A stretch of 40,580 nucleotides of DNA from Nanobdellota archaeon (GCA_034718475.1 JAYEMU010000049.1:1-40580), one strand, 5' to 3'; positions 8,658-17,579 are shown, counted from the stretch's first letter. Translations and numbers: made by a program. The notes: generated by a model from the letters alone, not told the origin.

Positions 8658-11141
8658 ATGATAGATATTCCTGAAAAAAATTTAACCCCTGCAATGAAAC
8701 AGTTTGTTGCTGTAAAAAATAAATATCCAGAATGCTTAGTACTATTTAGGATGGGGGATTTTTATGAAACATTCTATGAAGATGCAGTTATAGCATCAAA
8801 AGATTTAGAAATAACTTTGACTTCAAGAGGAAAAGGTGAAAAAAAAGCCCCTTTGGCAGGCATCCCCTATCATGCACTTGATAACTATTTAGCCAAGCTT
8901 GTAAAAAAAGGGCACAAAGTTGCAATAGTGGAGCAGGTGGAGGATCCAAAATTTGCCAAAGGCATAGTCAAAAGGGATGTTGTAAGGATTATAACCCCTG
9001 GTACAATAATTGAATCATCAATTCTGAACTCCAAAACATATAATTATCTGGCATCGTTGTATGTACAAGGCGAAAATTTCGCTTTAGCCTTATCAGACAT
9101 CTCTACTGGAGATTTTTTCATTGAAGAAGATAATGATATTAATAATTTAAAGAATAAGCTTATAAAATTCAACCCTAAAGAATGTTTAATCCCATTCACA
9201 TTAAGGGTAAATCATGAAATTATAAATATCTTAAATAAAACAAATACTTTTTTAACTGATTATGATGACAGGCATTTTAGATATGACAATGCTTTTAAAA
9301 CTTTAATTAATCACTTTCAAACCCAGACATTGGAAGGATTTGGAATAAAAAATAATTCTATTGTTATCAATGCCGCTGGCGCCCTATTAAAATATCTTCA
9401 TGAAACCCAGTTTAATGAGCTTAAACATATTAAAAGAATTACAAAAAACCAGCAGGACAAATATATGATGCTTGATTCCAGCACATTAAGAAATCTTGAA
9501 ATCCTGCAAAATATCAAGGACCAAAGTAAACGTGGAACTTTGATATCAACCTTGGATTCTACAACAACTGCTATGGGCTCAAGATTAATAAGGCGCTGGT
9601 TAACTGAACCTTTGCTTGATATCGAAGAAATAAAAAAAAGGCTAGACTGCGTTGAATTTTTTAGCCAAAACACAATTTTAAGGGAAGAAATCTTTTCATT
9701 GCTTAAAGGCATAACAGATATTGAAAGGCTGATTTCAAGAGTTAATTATGGATCTGCCAGTCCAAGGGACCTTATTTCATTAAAGGCTTCATTGCGCCAT
9801 TTGCCATTTATTTTTAAAAAGCTTTGCACAATCAAAATCCCTTTAATCCTTGAACTAAGCGAAATTGAAGATTTTTCCAGTTTAGTTGATTTACTAGAAA
9901 GTTCAATAAGGGAAGATGCGCCAGCCACAATCAGGGAAGGCAACTTAATAAAGTTTGGATTTAATGAAGTATTAAAAGAACTTCTTAATATCAAAAATGA
10001 TGGCAAAAGATTTCTAAAAGACTTAGAGGAAAAAGAAAAAAGAAAAACAGGCATTAAAAATTTAAGAATTGGCTACAATAGAGTTTTTGGATATTTTTTA
10101 GAAGTTTCAAAATCCAACCTGCCAGCAGTTCCTGATTACTACATAAGAAAACAAACCAGAAAAAACTCTGAAATGTTCATAACCGAAGAGCTAAAGATAC
10201 AAGAAGCCAAGATCCTTGGCGCCCAAGAAAAGATTCAAAGTTTAGAATATGAAATTTTTCAGGATATCTTAAAGCGGGTTGCATTTTATACAAACCCAGT
10301 TCAGGATTGTGCCAAAAAGATTGCAATATTGGATGTCATTCTTTCTTTTGCAAAAGTTTCTTCTGAAAATAATTATTGCAAGCCAGAATTAAACGACTCA
10401 GCTTCCATAATTTTAAAAGATTCCAGGCATCCAGTTGTAGAATTGCTTGAAAGTAATTTTGTTCCAAATGATATTAATTTACATAATTCTCAAATATCTG
10501 TAATTACAGGCCCAAACATGGCTGGAAAAAGCACAGTCCTAAGGCAAGTTGCCCTTAATGTATTAATGGCCCAGATTGGATGTTTTTGTGCTTGCCAAGA
10601 AGCATCCATTGGGATTGTAGACCGCATATTTACCAGGGTCGGTGCTTATGACGATTTAACTATGGGGCAATCAACATTCATGGTCGAAATGGTTGAAGCA
10701 GCCAACATCTTAAACAATGCTACTGGCAAAAGCCTAATCATCCTGGATGAAATCGGACGTGGGACTTCCACCTTTGATGGAGTTTCACTTGCATGGAGCA
10801 TTGTTGAATATATTTATAATAAAATAAAAGCCAAAACAATGTTTGCTACCCATTACCATGTTTTAAACAAGTTAGAAACACAATTTAGCAATATTAAGAA
10901 TTATAATATCGCAGTTCTGGAAAAAAATGAAGATATAACATTTCTGCATAAACTAATCGAAGGAAGCACTAACAGAAGTTATGGCATACATGTAGCAAAG
11001 CTTGCTGGATTGCCAAAACATGTAATAAATAGGGCCAAAGAAATCCAACAGAATCTTGAAGAGGACGACAAAATGGCAAAAAAAATAAATGCAAAAAGAA
11101 TCATAGAACAAAAAACTTTATTGGAGATGAAAAATGATTAA
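8658..11141 (+). CDS. mutS: DNA mismatch repair protein MutS (bacterial MutS1 type)
   Basis: 827 aa. Mismatch-binding motif 'GDFYETF', Walker A 'GPNMAGKST', 'STFMVEM' and 'DEIGRGTSTFDG'. Confidence 0.95.
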   Translation: MIDIPEKNLTPAMKQFVAVKNKYPECLVLFRMGDFYETFYEDAVIASKDLEITLTSRGKGEKKAPLAGIPYHALDNYLAKLVKKGHKVAIVEQVEDPKFAKGIVKRDVVRIITPGTIIESSILNSKTYNYLASLYVQGENFALALSDISTGDFFIEEDNDINNLKNKLIKFNPKECLIPFTLRVNHEIINILNKTNTFLTDYDDRHFRYDNAFKTLINHFQTQTLEGFGIKNNSIVINAAGALLKYLHETQFNELKHIKRITKNQQDKYMMLDSSTLRNLEILQNIKDQSKRGTLISTLDSTTTAMGSRLIRRWLTEPLLDIEEIKKRLDCVEFFSQNTILREEIFSLLKGITDIERLISRVNYGSASPRDLISLKASLRHLPFIFKKLCTIKIPLILELSEIEDFSSLVDLLESSIREDAPATIREGNLIKFGFNEVLKELLNIKNDGKRFLKDLEEKEKRKTGIKNLRIGYNRVFGYFLEVSKSNLPAVPDYYIRKQTRKNSEMFITEELKIQEAKILGAQEKIQSLEYEIFQDILKRVAFYTNPVQDCAKKIAILDVILSFAKVSSENNYCKPELNDSASIILKDSRHPVVELLESNFVPNDINLHNSQISVITGPNMAGKSTVLRQVALNVLMAQIGCFCACQEASIGIVDRIFTRVGAYDDLTMGQSTFMVEMVEAANILNNATGKSLIILDEIGRGTSTFDGVSLAWSIVEYIYNKIKAKTMFATHYHVLNKLETQFSNIKNYNIAVLEKNEDITFLHKLIEGSTNRSYGIHVAKLAGLPKHVINRAKEIQQNLEEDDKMAKKINAKRIIEQKTLLEMKND

Positions 11142-12876
11142 TATTTTAGATGAAAAAGTAATAAACAAAATAGCAGCTGGCGAAGTGATTGAAAGGCCGG
11201 CATCTGTCGTTAAAGAATTAATTGAAAATTCTTTGGATGCTAAATCTTCAAAAATAGAAATTCATATTGAAGATTATGGTAAAAGATTAATTAAAGTTTC
11301 TGATGATGGAACAGGAATGTCTAAGGAGGATGCAAAATTATCAGTGCTTCGATATGCAACTAGTAAAATCAAAGATGAAAACGATATCTTGAATATTGAA
11401 ACACTTGGTTTTAGGGGAGAAGCCTTGGCTTCGATAGGAGCCATATCAAATCTAACAATTTCTACAAAAATGCCAAATGAATTAGAAGGTTTTAAAATAG
11501 AAATTGAAGGGGGCAAATTTTTATCCTCAATGCCGCAAGGCAGGCCTGCTGGCACAACTATTGAAGTAAGGGATCTATTTTTTAATACTCCTGCAAGATT
11601 AAAATTTTTAAGGACTGACAATAACGAATTGAATCATATTGTGGATATTGTTACCAGATATGGGCTGGCCAATCCAAACATTTCCATTAAACTAATGCAT
11701 AACAATCATATTTTATTAAATAGTCCAAAAAATTTTTCAGCATTAGACAACATAGCTTCAATTTATGGGATAGAAATTGTAAAGCAATTAATCGGAATTC
11801 ATTTTCTAAAAAAAGACATTGAAATTACCGGCTTCATCTCAAAACCCTCTTTATTGAAATCAGATAAATCCATGCAATCAATTTATGTCAACAATAGATT
11901 TGTCAAGGATGATATAATGACTAAAGCCATATATGATGCTTATCACACATTACTTTTTGTCAATAGGCATCCAGTAGCAATATTAAATATAAAACTAAAT
12001 CCAGAGACAATTGATGTAAATGTCCATCCTACAAAAGAAAAAATAAAATTTGCAGAAAATGAAAGAATCTATGAAACAATATTCAATGCAATAAGGGACA
12101 CCTTATTAAATAACAATTTAATAGTTGATTTTTCTGCAATTGAAGATAATCAAAAATTAAACTTTGAAAATAAAGGATTCAATAATCAAAAATTTCAGAC
12201 CCCTAATGTTAAGCCTACTAAAGCTGAGATTTATACTTCTAAAGATATTCAAGGCACAATATCATTGCCTGCTGAAAAAATAAAAAGAAAAAATAAAAAG
12301 CTTCCAGAAATCAGATTAATTGGACAAATATTCAAAACCTTTTTTTTGGGTGAAACCAAAAATGGATTGCTTCTTATAGATCAGCACATTGTACATGAAC
12401 GGATTAACTATGAGAAATTTATGCAGCAGCTTATGAATAAGCAGATAAAAATCCAATCTTTGCTTTCACCATTAATAGTTAATTTGCCGCCAAAAGAATC
12501 TGTTTTTCTAAAAAATAATCTCCAAGATATAAACCAATTTGGTTTTGAAATAAATAATTTTGAAGGAAATTCTTTTATTGTGCGATCAGTACCCTCTATA
12601 TTAAATAAAATACAAACTAAAGAAAGTTTTGAAGAACTTATTTCAGATTTAGCAAATGAAAAAGATTTGTCTCTTGAAAAAAAGCAGGAAGAAATCATTA
12701 CAAGGATGGCTTGCCGCGCATCTATAAAAGCTGGTGAAGAGATTAGTATTCCTCAAATGGAAAAGCTTTTAGAAGAACTTGATGAATGTGAACAGCCTTA
12801 TACTTGCCCGCATGGAAGGCCAATTTTCGTAAATTTGACATTAAATGATTTAGAAAAAATGTTTAAAAGAAAATGA
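11134..12876 (+). CDS. mutL: DNA mismatch repair protein MutL, endonuclease-proficient type
   Basis: GHKL motifs 'ELIENSLDA' and 'DDGTGM'. Endonuclease motif 'DQHIVHERINYE' (DQHAxxExxxxE-like), plus 'ACRASIKAG' and 'CPHGRP'. The start overlaps the mutS stop by 8 nt. Confidence 0.93.
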   Translation: MINILDEKVINKIAAGEVIERPASVVKELIENSLDAKSSKIEIHIEDYGKRLIKVSDDGTGMSKEDAKLSVLRYATSKIKDENDILNIETLGFRGEALASIGAISNLTISTKMPNELEGFKIEIEGGKFLSSMPQGRPAGTTIEVRDLFFNTPARLKFLRTDNNELNHIVDIVTRYGLANPNISIKLMHNNHILLNSPKNFSALDNIASIYGIEIVKQLIGIHFLKKDIEITGFISKPSLLKSDKSMQSIYVNNRFVKDDIMTKAIYDAYHTLLFVNRHPVAILNIKLNPETIDVNVHPTKEKIKFAENERIYETIFNAIRDTLLNNNLIVDFSAIEDNQKLNFENKGFNNQKFQTPNVKPTKAEIYTSKDIQGTISLPAEKIKRKNKKLPEIRLIGQIFKTFFLGETKNGLLLIDQHIVHERINYEKFMQQLMNKQIKIQSLLSPLIVNLPPKESVFLKNNLQDINQFGFEINNFEGNSFIVRSVPSILNKIQTKESFEELISDLANEKDLSLEKKQEEIITRMACRASIKAGEEISIPQMEKLLEELDECEQPYTCPHGRPIFVNLTLNDLEKMFKRK

Positions 12877-12880
12877 AAGT

Positions 12881-13456
12881 TTATTTATGCCAATTTGTGC
12901 AATGGAATCCATCTTCATCATAATATCCATTACCACAATAGGAAGTATCATTTTCATCAACTTGCCTGCAATATGGATTTGCTTCCCTATAAAGCGATAA
13001 TATTCTTGTTGGAGGGGTACAAGTGACTTGTGGAGAATCATATGTCCTATCTGGGTCTATTTCACAAACTTCATCCATAATTACAGTGCAATAAACTGCA
13101 TCTATATCCAAGATTTTATCCCAATTATCAGCGTAAAATTTCATCATGGCAAAATTCCCATCTTCCTCAACACTCTCTCCGGCAGCTGCAACTTTAGTAT
13201 GGATATCATAAGTGACATTTTCGCCCTTGGGTCTTCCATTCCAGCCAGCTTCGCAACTAACAACGACATATGAATCCATTACTTCAATTTTGGGCTTTAC
13301 CCATATATTCTCTTGGGTCCTATGGGTCTCAACAGGGACACTGCCTTCTTTAAATTCCAAGCCAGGTTTCTCACATTCAAACTTGGTCATACAGCTTGGC
13401 ATCATAGCCAAAGAACTTAATAGCCCTACTAACCCTTTTTTGAATTTTGATACCAT
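12881..13456 (-). CDS. Cys-rich secreted lipoprotein, hypothetical
   Basis: Signal peptide with a lipobox-like 'AMMPSC'. The mature part contains many Cys residues. No family recognised. Confidence 0.5.
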   Translation of the reverse strand: MVSKFKKGLVGLLSSLAMMPSCMTKFECEKPGLEFKEGSVPVETHRTQENIWVKPKIEVMDSYVVVSCEAGWNGRPKGENVTYDIHTKVAAAGESVEEDGNFAMMKFYADNWDKILDIDAVYCTVIMDEVCEIDPDRTYDSPQVTCTPPTRILSLYREANPYCRQVDENDTSYCGNGYYDEDGFHCTNWHK

Positions 13457-13511
13457 TTTATTTATCTATATAGGGCCAAACTACTATATAAATGTTTCTA
13501 CCAACAAGTAG

Positions 13512-13868
13512 TCAATCAACTGTAAACAATCTAGAATCATGGACATCAAATAACCCTAATCTTGCACCTGCATCTAGCCATCCATGGGCATAATTCAATG
13601 CTGCAAAAGCATTTACTTTATTTCCATTCTTTTCAAAATGCCTTGCATCGCTTATATATCTTTCAATCATATCCAAAAAATCCTCCCTTGCATCATCCAT
13701 GCCCAGCCTATTTGAAGATTTTTTGGCCATTTCAAAAGCTTCCTCAGTAATCAAGAAATATTTTTTCAATTTTTCGTGGCTTATTTCATTCATAAAAAAT
13801 AGAAAACCCCTTATCTTTTTAAATCCTTGCTCGCAATGTATGTAATAAGTCAGGTAAAAAATTGCCAA
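13512..13868 (-). CDS. DUF357-like small archaeal protein; the true start is probably the internal Met at 13793
   Basis: 'DFLDMIERYISDARHF...NAFAALNYAHGWLDAGARLGL' matches the conserved DUF357 core as I remember it. The first 25 residues of the tracked ORF are hydrophobic and atypical. Confidence 0.55.
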   Translation of the reverse strand: MAIFYLTYYIHCEQGFKKIRGFLFFMNEISHEKLKKYFLITEEAFEMAKKSSNRLGMDDAREDFLDMIERYISDARHFEKNGNKVNAFAALNYAHGWLDAGARLGLFDVHDSRLFTVD

Positions 13869-13954
13869 TTGATATTAATCATTGATTAGATAATTTGTTA
13901 GAATACTTAAAACATTTAATCATTTTCAAAGTGGATTTATTACTTACATAGGGG

Positions 13955-13971
13955 CAAAAAATTTATATAAT
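13955..13971 (+). promoter_or_regulatory. BRE/TATA promoter for the PD-(D/E)xK gene (leaderless pattern)
   Basis: 'caaaaaatttatataat'. The TATA centre is about 27 nt upstream of ATG 13993. Confidence 0.45.
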
Positions 13972-13992
13972 ACATCATTTTAAATTATATTT

Positions 13993-15090
13993 ATGGACAT
14001 GGACATTGAATCAATAGAAATAAAATTAAAAGAATTAAAAGAAGAGTTAACAAAATTTAATAAAAAAAGAGCATTAAACTTTTTCGATATTACATTGATT
14101 TCTGAAAGAGAAATATCACATTCTGCTTTTTTAGCTTGGCTATTAAATCCTAAAGAAAATCATGGATTAAATGATTTATTTTTGCAAAGTATTCTTAAAA
14201 AAATAAATTATACTGAAGAATATAAAATCAATGAAGTTGTTGTTGAAACAGAAATCACAGAGATATCTCGAAGAATAGACATAATCATCCATATTAATGA
14301 TGTAACTATTTGTATTGAAAATAAAATTTGGGATTATCCGACAATTAAACAAATAGAGGATGAAATTAAAGAATTTGAACCAAATTATATGGTTCTTTTA
14401 GCACCAAAAGAAATCATCACATCATTTAAAAAAGAAAATGATTTAAAAAATATCTATTATATTAACTACGACTACATTTGTAAATCTATTAAAGAATTGA
14501 TGAATAAAACAACAAATGATGACTTAAAAACATTGCTTAAAAATTATAATCTTAATTTGGAGGAAAATATAATGACAAATGAACATAACCCATTTACTAA
14601 TAAATCAATATTATATAATAAATATCAAGATTTCATTGATGAAGTTACTGAAAAATATAATGATGAGAAAAAAACCATTAAAAATTCAATTAAAAAGAAG
14701 ATTCAGACTAAATTTTCAGAATTGAATAAATATGGCTTTACAACTGATAATGATATATATGTTCAAAACAAGATTTGGTATGGAGAGGGGTTTGATATTT
14801 ACTTAGTAATTGATTTAGATATTGATCATCTCAATAAAAATAAGAGTTCAATTTCAATTAAAATGGGTTCATACATAAAAGAAAAAAGCCAAAGCATTAG
14901 AAAAAGTTTTATAGCAAAATTTGGAAATTTTCTTGAACAAAATGGTTATAAAAAAAGTAAAGACAATTATAGTGTATATGAAAAAGAATTTGAATTTGAG
15001 AATTTTATAGAGGATGTTTTTAAAGAAGTAAAAGTTTTAATGGAAAATAATGTTGGTGATTTTATAACTGACTGTATAAATAATGCCTAA
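13993..15090 (+). CDS. PD-(D/E)xK nuclease-superfamily protein (PDDEXK_4-like N-terminal domain with a long Lys/Asn-rich C-terminal region)
   Basis: 'NFFDITLISEREISHSAFLAWLLNPKENHGL' followed by 'RIDIIIHINDVTICIENKIW', which gives the D...ExK catalytic arrangement. Confidence 0.6.
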   Translation: MDMDIESIEIKLKELKEELTKFNKKRALNFFDITLISEREISHSAFLAWLLNPKENHGLNDLFLQSILKKINYTEEYKINEVVVETEITEISRRIDIIIHINDVTICIENKIWDYPTIKQIEDEIKEFEPNYMVLLAPKEIITSFKKENDLKNIYYINYDYICKSIKELMNKTTNDDLKTLLKNYNLNLEENIMTNEHNPFTNKSILYNKYQDFIDEVTEKYNDEKKTIKNSIKKKIQTKFSELNKYGFTTDNDIYVQNKIWYGEGFDIYLVIDLDIDHLNKNKSSISIKMGSYIKEKSQSIRKSFIAKFGNFLEQNGYKKSKDNYSVYEKEFEFENFIEDVFKEVKVLMENNVGDFITDCINNA

Positions 15091-15120
15091 GATATTTTCT
15101 TGCCCCTAACTACTTTGTTC

Positions 15121-15415
15121 TGACGTATCGGCTTCGCCTCATTTGATAAACTTACTTCTTGCCCTTGATGTATTTCCTTGATGGCTCACTGTATTCGTTG
15201 AATTGGAGAGAATTCCCCAAAATATAGTCTCCCTACGGTCGGATTACTTGGAAACTTAAATTTAACTTTTCGGACGAAATTTTCCCACACTTCATATGGG
15301 AAAAGAAACTAACAGGAATTATCAAGAAAATTCGGTCGGCTCCGCCTAAATCGCCAAGCGATTTTCCGAATGTTTCCCAAATTTTTTGGTGTGGGTTGCC
15401 TCACCAAAAAACTTC
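15121..15415. repeat. Three degenerate tandem units of about 100 bp in a non-coding, slightly GC-richer spacer, each ending in a hairpin
   Basis: The anchors are 'tcggcttcgcctcatttg' (15128), 'acggtcggattacttgg' (15235) and 'tcggtcggctccgcctaaatcg' (15332). Also 'ttttcggacgaaattttccca' (15267) matches 'gattttccgaatgtttccca' (15360). The hairpins lie at 15203-15220, 15280-15304 and 15382-15411. Every frame I hand-translated across the spacer (forward-strand stretches and the reverse complement) hit frequent stops, and the ORF track lists no ORF here. Confidence 0.5.
15382..15411. terminator. Perfect 10-bp hairpin with T6/A6 arms (ttttttggtg-N10-caccaaaaaa); a possible termination signal for the convergent genes
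   Basis: The inverted repeat was read directly. A T6 run is presented on both strands, and archaeal termination uses oligo-T tracts. It lies 70 nt after the stop of the minus-strand 196-aa gene. Confidence 0.3.
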
Positions 15416-15479
15416 TGATAGTCCCGATGTTATACGCAATCAAGAAAAAGACCTAAATTAAAGAAGAGGCGGGAATAAT

Positions 15480-16070
15480 CTATTTTCCAAACTTACCAAC
15501 ATATGGTCCTTGAGCACCAGTTGTTCCAAGTAAATATCTGCCATCCGGAGTTTCAATTCCTACTGATACATAAGTTGGAACAATTTTTGTTTTACCAAAT
15601 CCAAACAATCCTTTTTTTGTCATGTTTTCTCTAAGAAATTCTGATTGATTTAATCCGTCTGTCAATAATTTTGTTGGATTTGTTGAAGATAATTCTCTAT
15701 ATTTTTCAACCATCTGATCTATACTGCCATCAAAATTACTCACCAGTCTTGCCCCTTTAGCAAAATCTGTATCTTGTTGTTTATAATCTACTTTTACAGT
15801 TAATCTATCAGGGATTTCACTAAGAGCCGCTTGAGGTGTTGATGAAAAATACTCAGTTACCAAATCTTCAAAACCTGGCGAACGAAAAATTACAAAATGT
15901 CTCATATCTTCTCTTCTCATAGTTCTTAGATTTCCTTTTAGATCCCCAACATATCCTAAAGAATTAAATACTTTTTTTGCTTCATCAGGTAGCGATTGAA
16001 GAAAATTTCTAACTAAATAATGTGTTTCATCTCCAGCTTTCAATACTGTCAATAAATTTTTATGAGCCAT
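15480..16070 (-). CDS. Orphan hypothetical protein (196 aa)
   Basis: Clean ORF with a non-repetitive composition, less Lys/Ile-rich than its neighbours. No family recognised. It is flanked by the repeat spacer and by mobile-element debris. Confidence 0.45.
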   Translation of the reverse strand: MAHKNLLTVLKAGDETHYLVRNFLQSLPDEAKKVFNSLGYVGDLKGNLRTMRREDMRHFVIFRSPGFEDLVTEYFSSTPQAALSEIPDRLTVKVDYKQQDTDFAKGARLVSNFDGSIDQMVEKYRELSSTNPTKLLTDGLNQSEFLRENMTKKGLFGFGKTKIVPTYVSVGIETPDGRYLLGTTGAQGPYVGKFGK

Positions 16071-16077
16071 ATTATAG

Positions 16078-16838
16078 TTGATAATAGTAATATATTTAAA
16101 AACCTTACTGATTATGCTAGAGTTTCTGAAAATTATTTATAAATAAATTAAGAAAACCAATTTTAATGAGGAAATAGTTGCAAAAATTCCTTAAATTTTT
16201 CCTTTTTATTAGTTATTTCATCATAATTTTCATATTTCAAGCTGAATTCAGGAGAAATACAACAATTTTTACAATTTTTTTTGAATTTATCAAAATTCAA
16301 TATTTCATTTATAAGTAAAACTCAGAAACTCTAGTGATTATGGTGACAGATGGTTATAATGCGTATAATGAATTTCCACTAAGACAGCGTTGTTGGTCAC
16401 ATCTATTGAGAGATGCCAAGGATTATGCAAAGAACAATAAAGAGATTGATATTCAATATCAACGACTAAAAAAAACTCTATGAAACACTTAAAGAGTTAA
16501 ACAAAGGACCTCCTGATGAAAAAGCAATAACAAAAGTAAAATGGGAACTCAACGATATTGTTACTTGTCTAAAAGTAATCAAAGGAGCACGCAAGTTAGT
16601 TACACTAATAGAAAATGGAGGAGATGATTGGTTTACAGCACTATACTATGAAGGAGTGCCATTAGATAACAATCATGCAGAACGAGAACTAAGACCAATC
16701 GTATTACTGAGAAAAACAATAGGTTGCTACAGAAACGAAAAAGGAAAGAGATGGATCAACATTGTAGTATCCACCCTCCATACCTGGAAATTACAAGAGA
16801 AAAACCTATTTCAGCAATTAAGCCTAATTGCTAGGTAG
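16078..16838 (+). pseudogene. IS66-family transposase remnant (C-terminal half only), split by a MITE and frameshifted in an A8 run
   Basis: 'LLIMVTDGYNAYNEFPLRQRCWSHLLRDA' carries the DGYxxY...CW.H..R motif, and 'PLDNNHAERELRPIVLLRKTIGCY' carries the NNxAER..R....RK motif. Both are IS66 DDE-domain hallmarks. The frame changes at the A8 run 16468-16475. The first ~250 aa of a normal TnpC are absent. Confidence 0.7.
16117..16334. mobile_element. 218-bp non-autonomous element (MITE) with terminal inverted repeats and an 8-bp target-site duplication
   Basis: The perfect 13-bp TIRs are ctagagtttctga (16117-16129) and tcagaaactctag (16322-16334), extendable to 24 of 28 matches. They are flanked by the direct repeat tgattatg (16109-16116 and 16335-16342). 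Removing the element plus one TSD copy restores the transposase reading frame (..LLIMVTDGY..). The AT-rich interior has no ORF. Confidence 0.75.
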
Positions 16839-16843
16839 ACTTA

Positions 16844-17527
16844 TTACTTACTCCGCAATTGAGATTTTACCAAATCCCAAATATCTTCTGAAATTGCTTC
16901 AATGGTCTTAAGTTTCCCATTTGGGGCAGAGTCTACAACTAGCCAATTATATTTCTTTGCAACATAAAGATAAGCTTCAGCTGCACTCTTTAAATGCTCT
17001 AAATCTGCTTCATGGATATCCCTTTTGCTGCCGCCCACATAATCCCTATGGCCTTTTTCATCAACAAGCCTCTGACCCATCTCCGGTGGCACATACAATA
17101 AAATATTTATATCAGGCCTGGGAATTTCAAAAAGATTATATTCAAGATTGTCCAGCCAATCCAAAAATTTCTCTCTTTTTTCCAGCCCAGTAATCTTCCC
17201 TGTTTGATGGCCCATATTAGATGAAACATACCTGTTGCTAATCACAACCTTTCCTTCTTCAAGCCATTGCTTAATCTTAAATGATGCATCATACCTATCA
17301 CATGCAAAAAGGATTGAAGCCCTATAAGGCCCGACTTCATTTGCAGAGCCGTAATCACCATTCAAATATTTCTTAACCATATGGGAACTTAAATTTTCAT
17401 AACGTGGAAAATCTGCAATCTCCACATCATAATTTTCTTTTCTCAATCTATCAACAAGAATCTTGGTTTGCGTGCCTTTGCCGCTTCCATCAGTCCCGTC
17501 AATTACAATAAATACTCCATTAGCCAT
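16844..17527 (-). CDS. tmk: Thymidylate (dTMP) kinase
   Basis: P-loop 'VIDGTDGSGKGTQ', 'ACDRYD', 'ISNRYVSSNMGHQ', and a lid/adenine region. 227 aa. Confidence 0.8.
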   Translation of the reverse strand: MANGVFIVIDGTDGSGKGTQTKILVDRLRKENYDVEIADFPRYENLSSHMVKKYLNGDYGSANEVGPYRASILFACDRYDASFKIKQWLEEGKVVISNRYVSSNMGHQTGKITGLEKREKFLDWLDNLEYNLFEIPRPDINILLYVPPEMGQRLVDEKGHRDYVGGSKRDIHEADLEHLKSAAEAYLYVAKKYNWLVVDSAPNGKLKTIEAISEDIWDLVKSQLRSK

Positions 17528-17579
17528 ACAATAAAGTAATGTTAATGGGCTTAAAAAGATTATTAATTCACAGAATATA

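Noticed and set aside
13794-13868. The 25-codon N-terminal extension of the DUF357-like ORF ('MAIFYLTYYIHCEQGFKKIRGFLFF').
   Set aside because: The composition is atypical and it precedes a well-placed internal Met (13793) where the conserved part starts. It is probably not translated. The tracked coordinates are kept, with a note.
15091-15479. The possibility that the GC-richer spacer is a known structured RNA (SRP/7S RNA, RNase P RNA, a group II intron domain) or a CRISPR-like array.
   Set aside because: I could not find the conserved SRP helix-8 or RNase P core motifs, or a domain-V-like hairpin. The GC content is only modestly raised. The repeats are about 100 bp and degenerate, not short identical repeats with unique spacers. 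It is kept as an unclassified finding instead.
16468-16475. The A8 run in the IS66-type gene as a programmed -1/+1 frameshift site.
   Set aside because: Programmed frameshifting is characteristic of the IS1/IS3 families at the orfA-orfB junction, not in the middle of the IS66 DDE domain. The gene is also 5'-truncated and MITE-disrupted, so decay or a homopolymer sequencing error is more likely.
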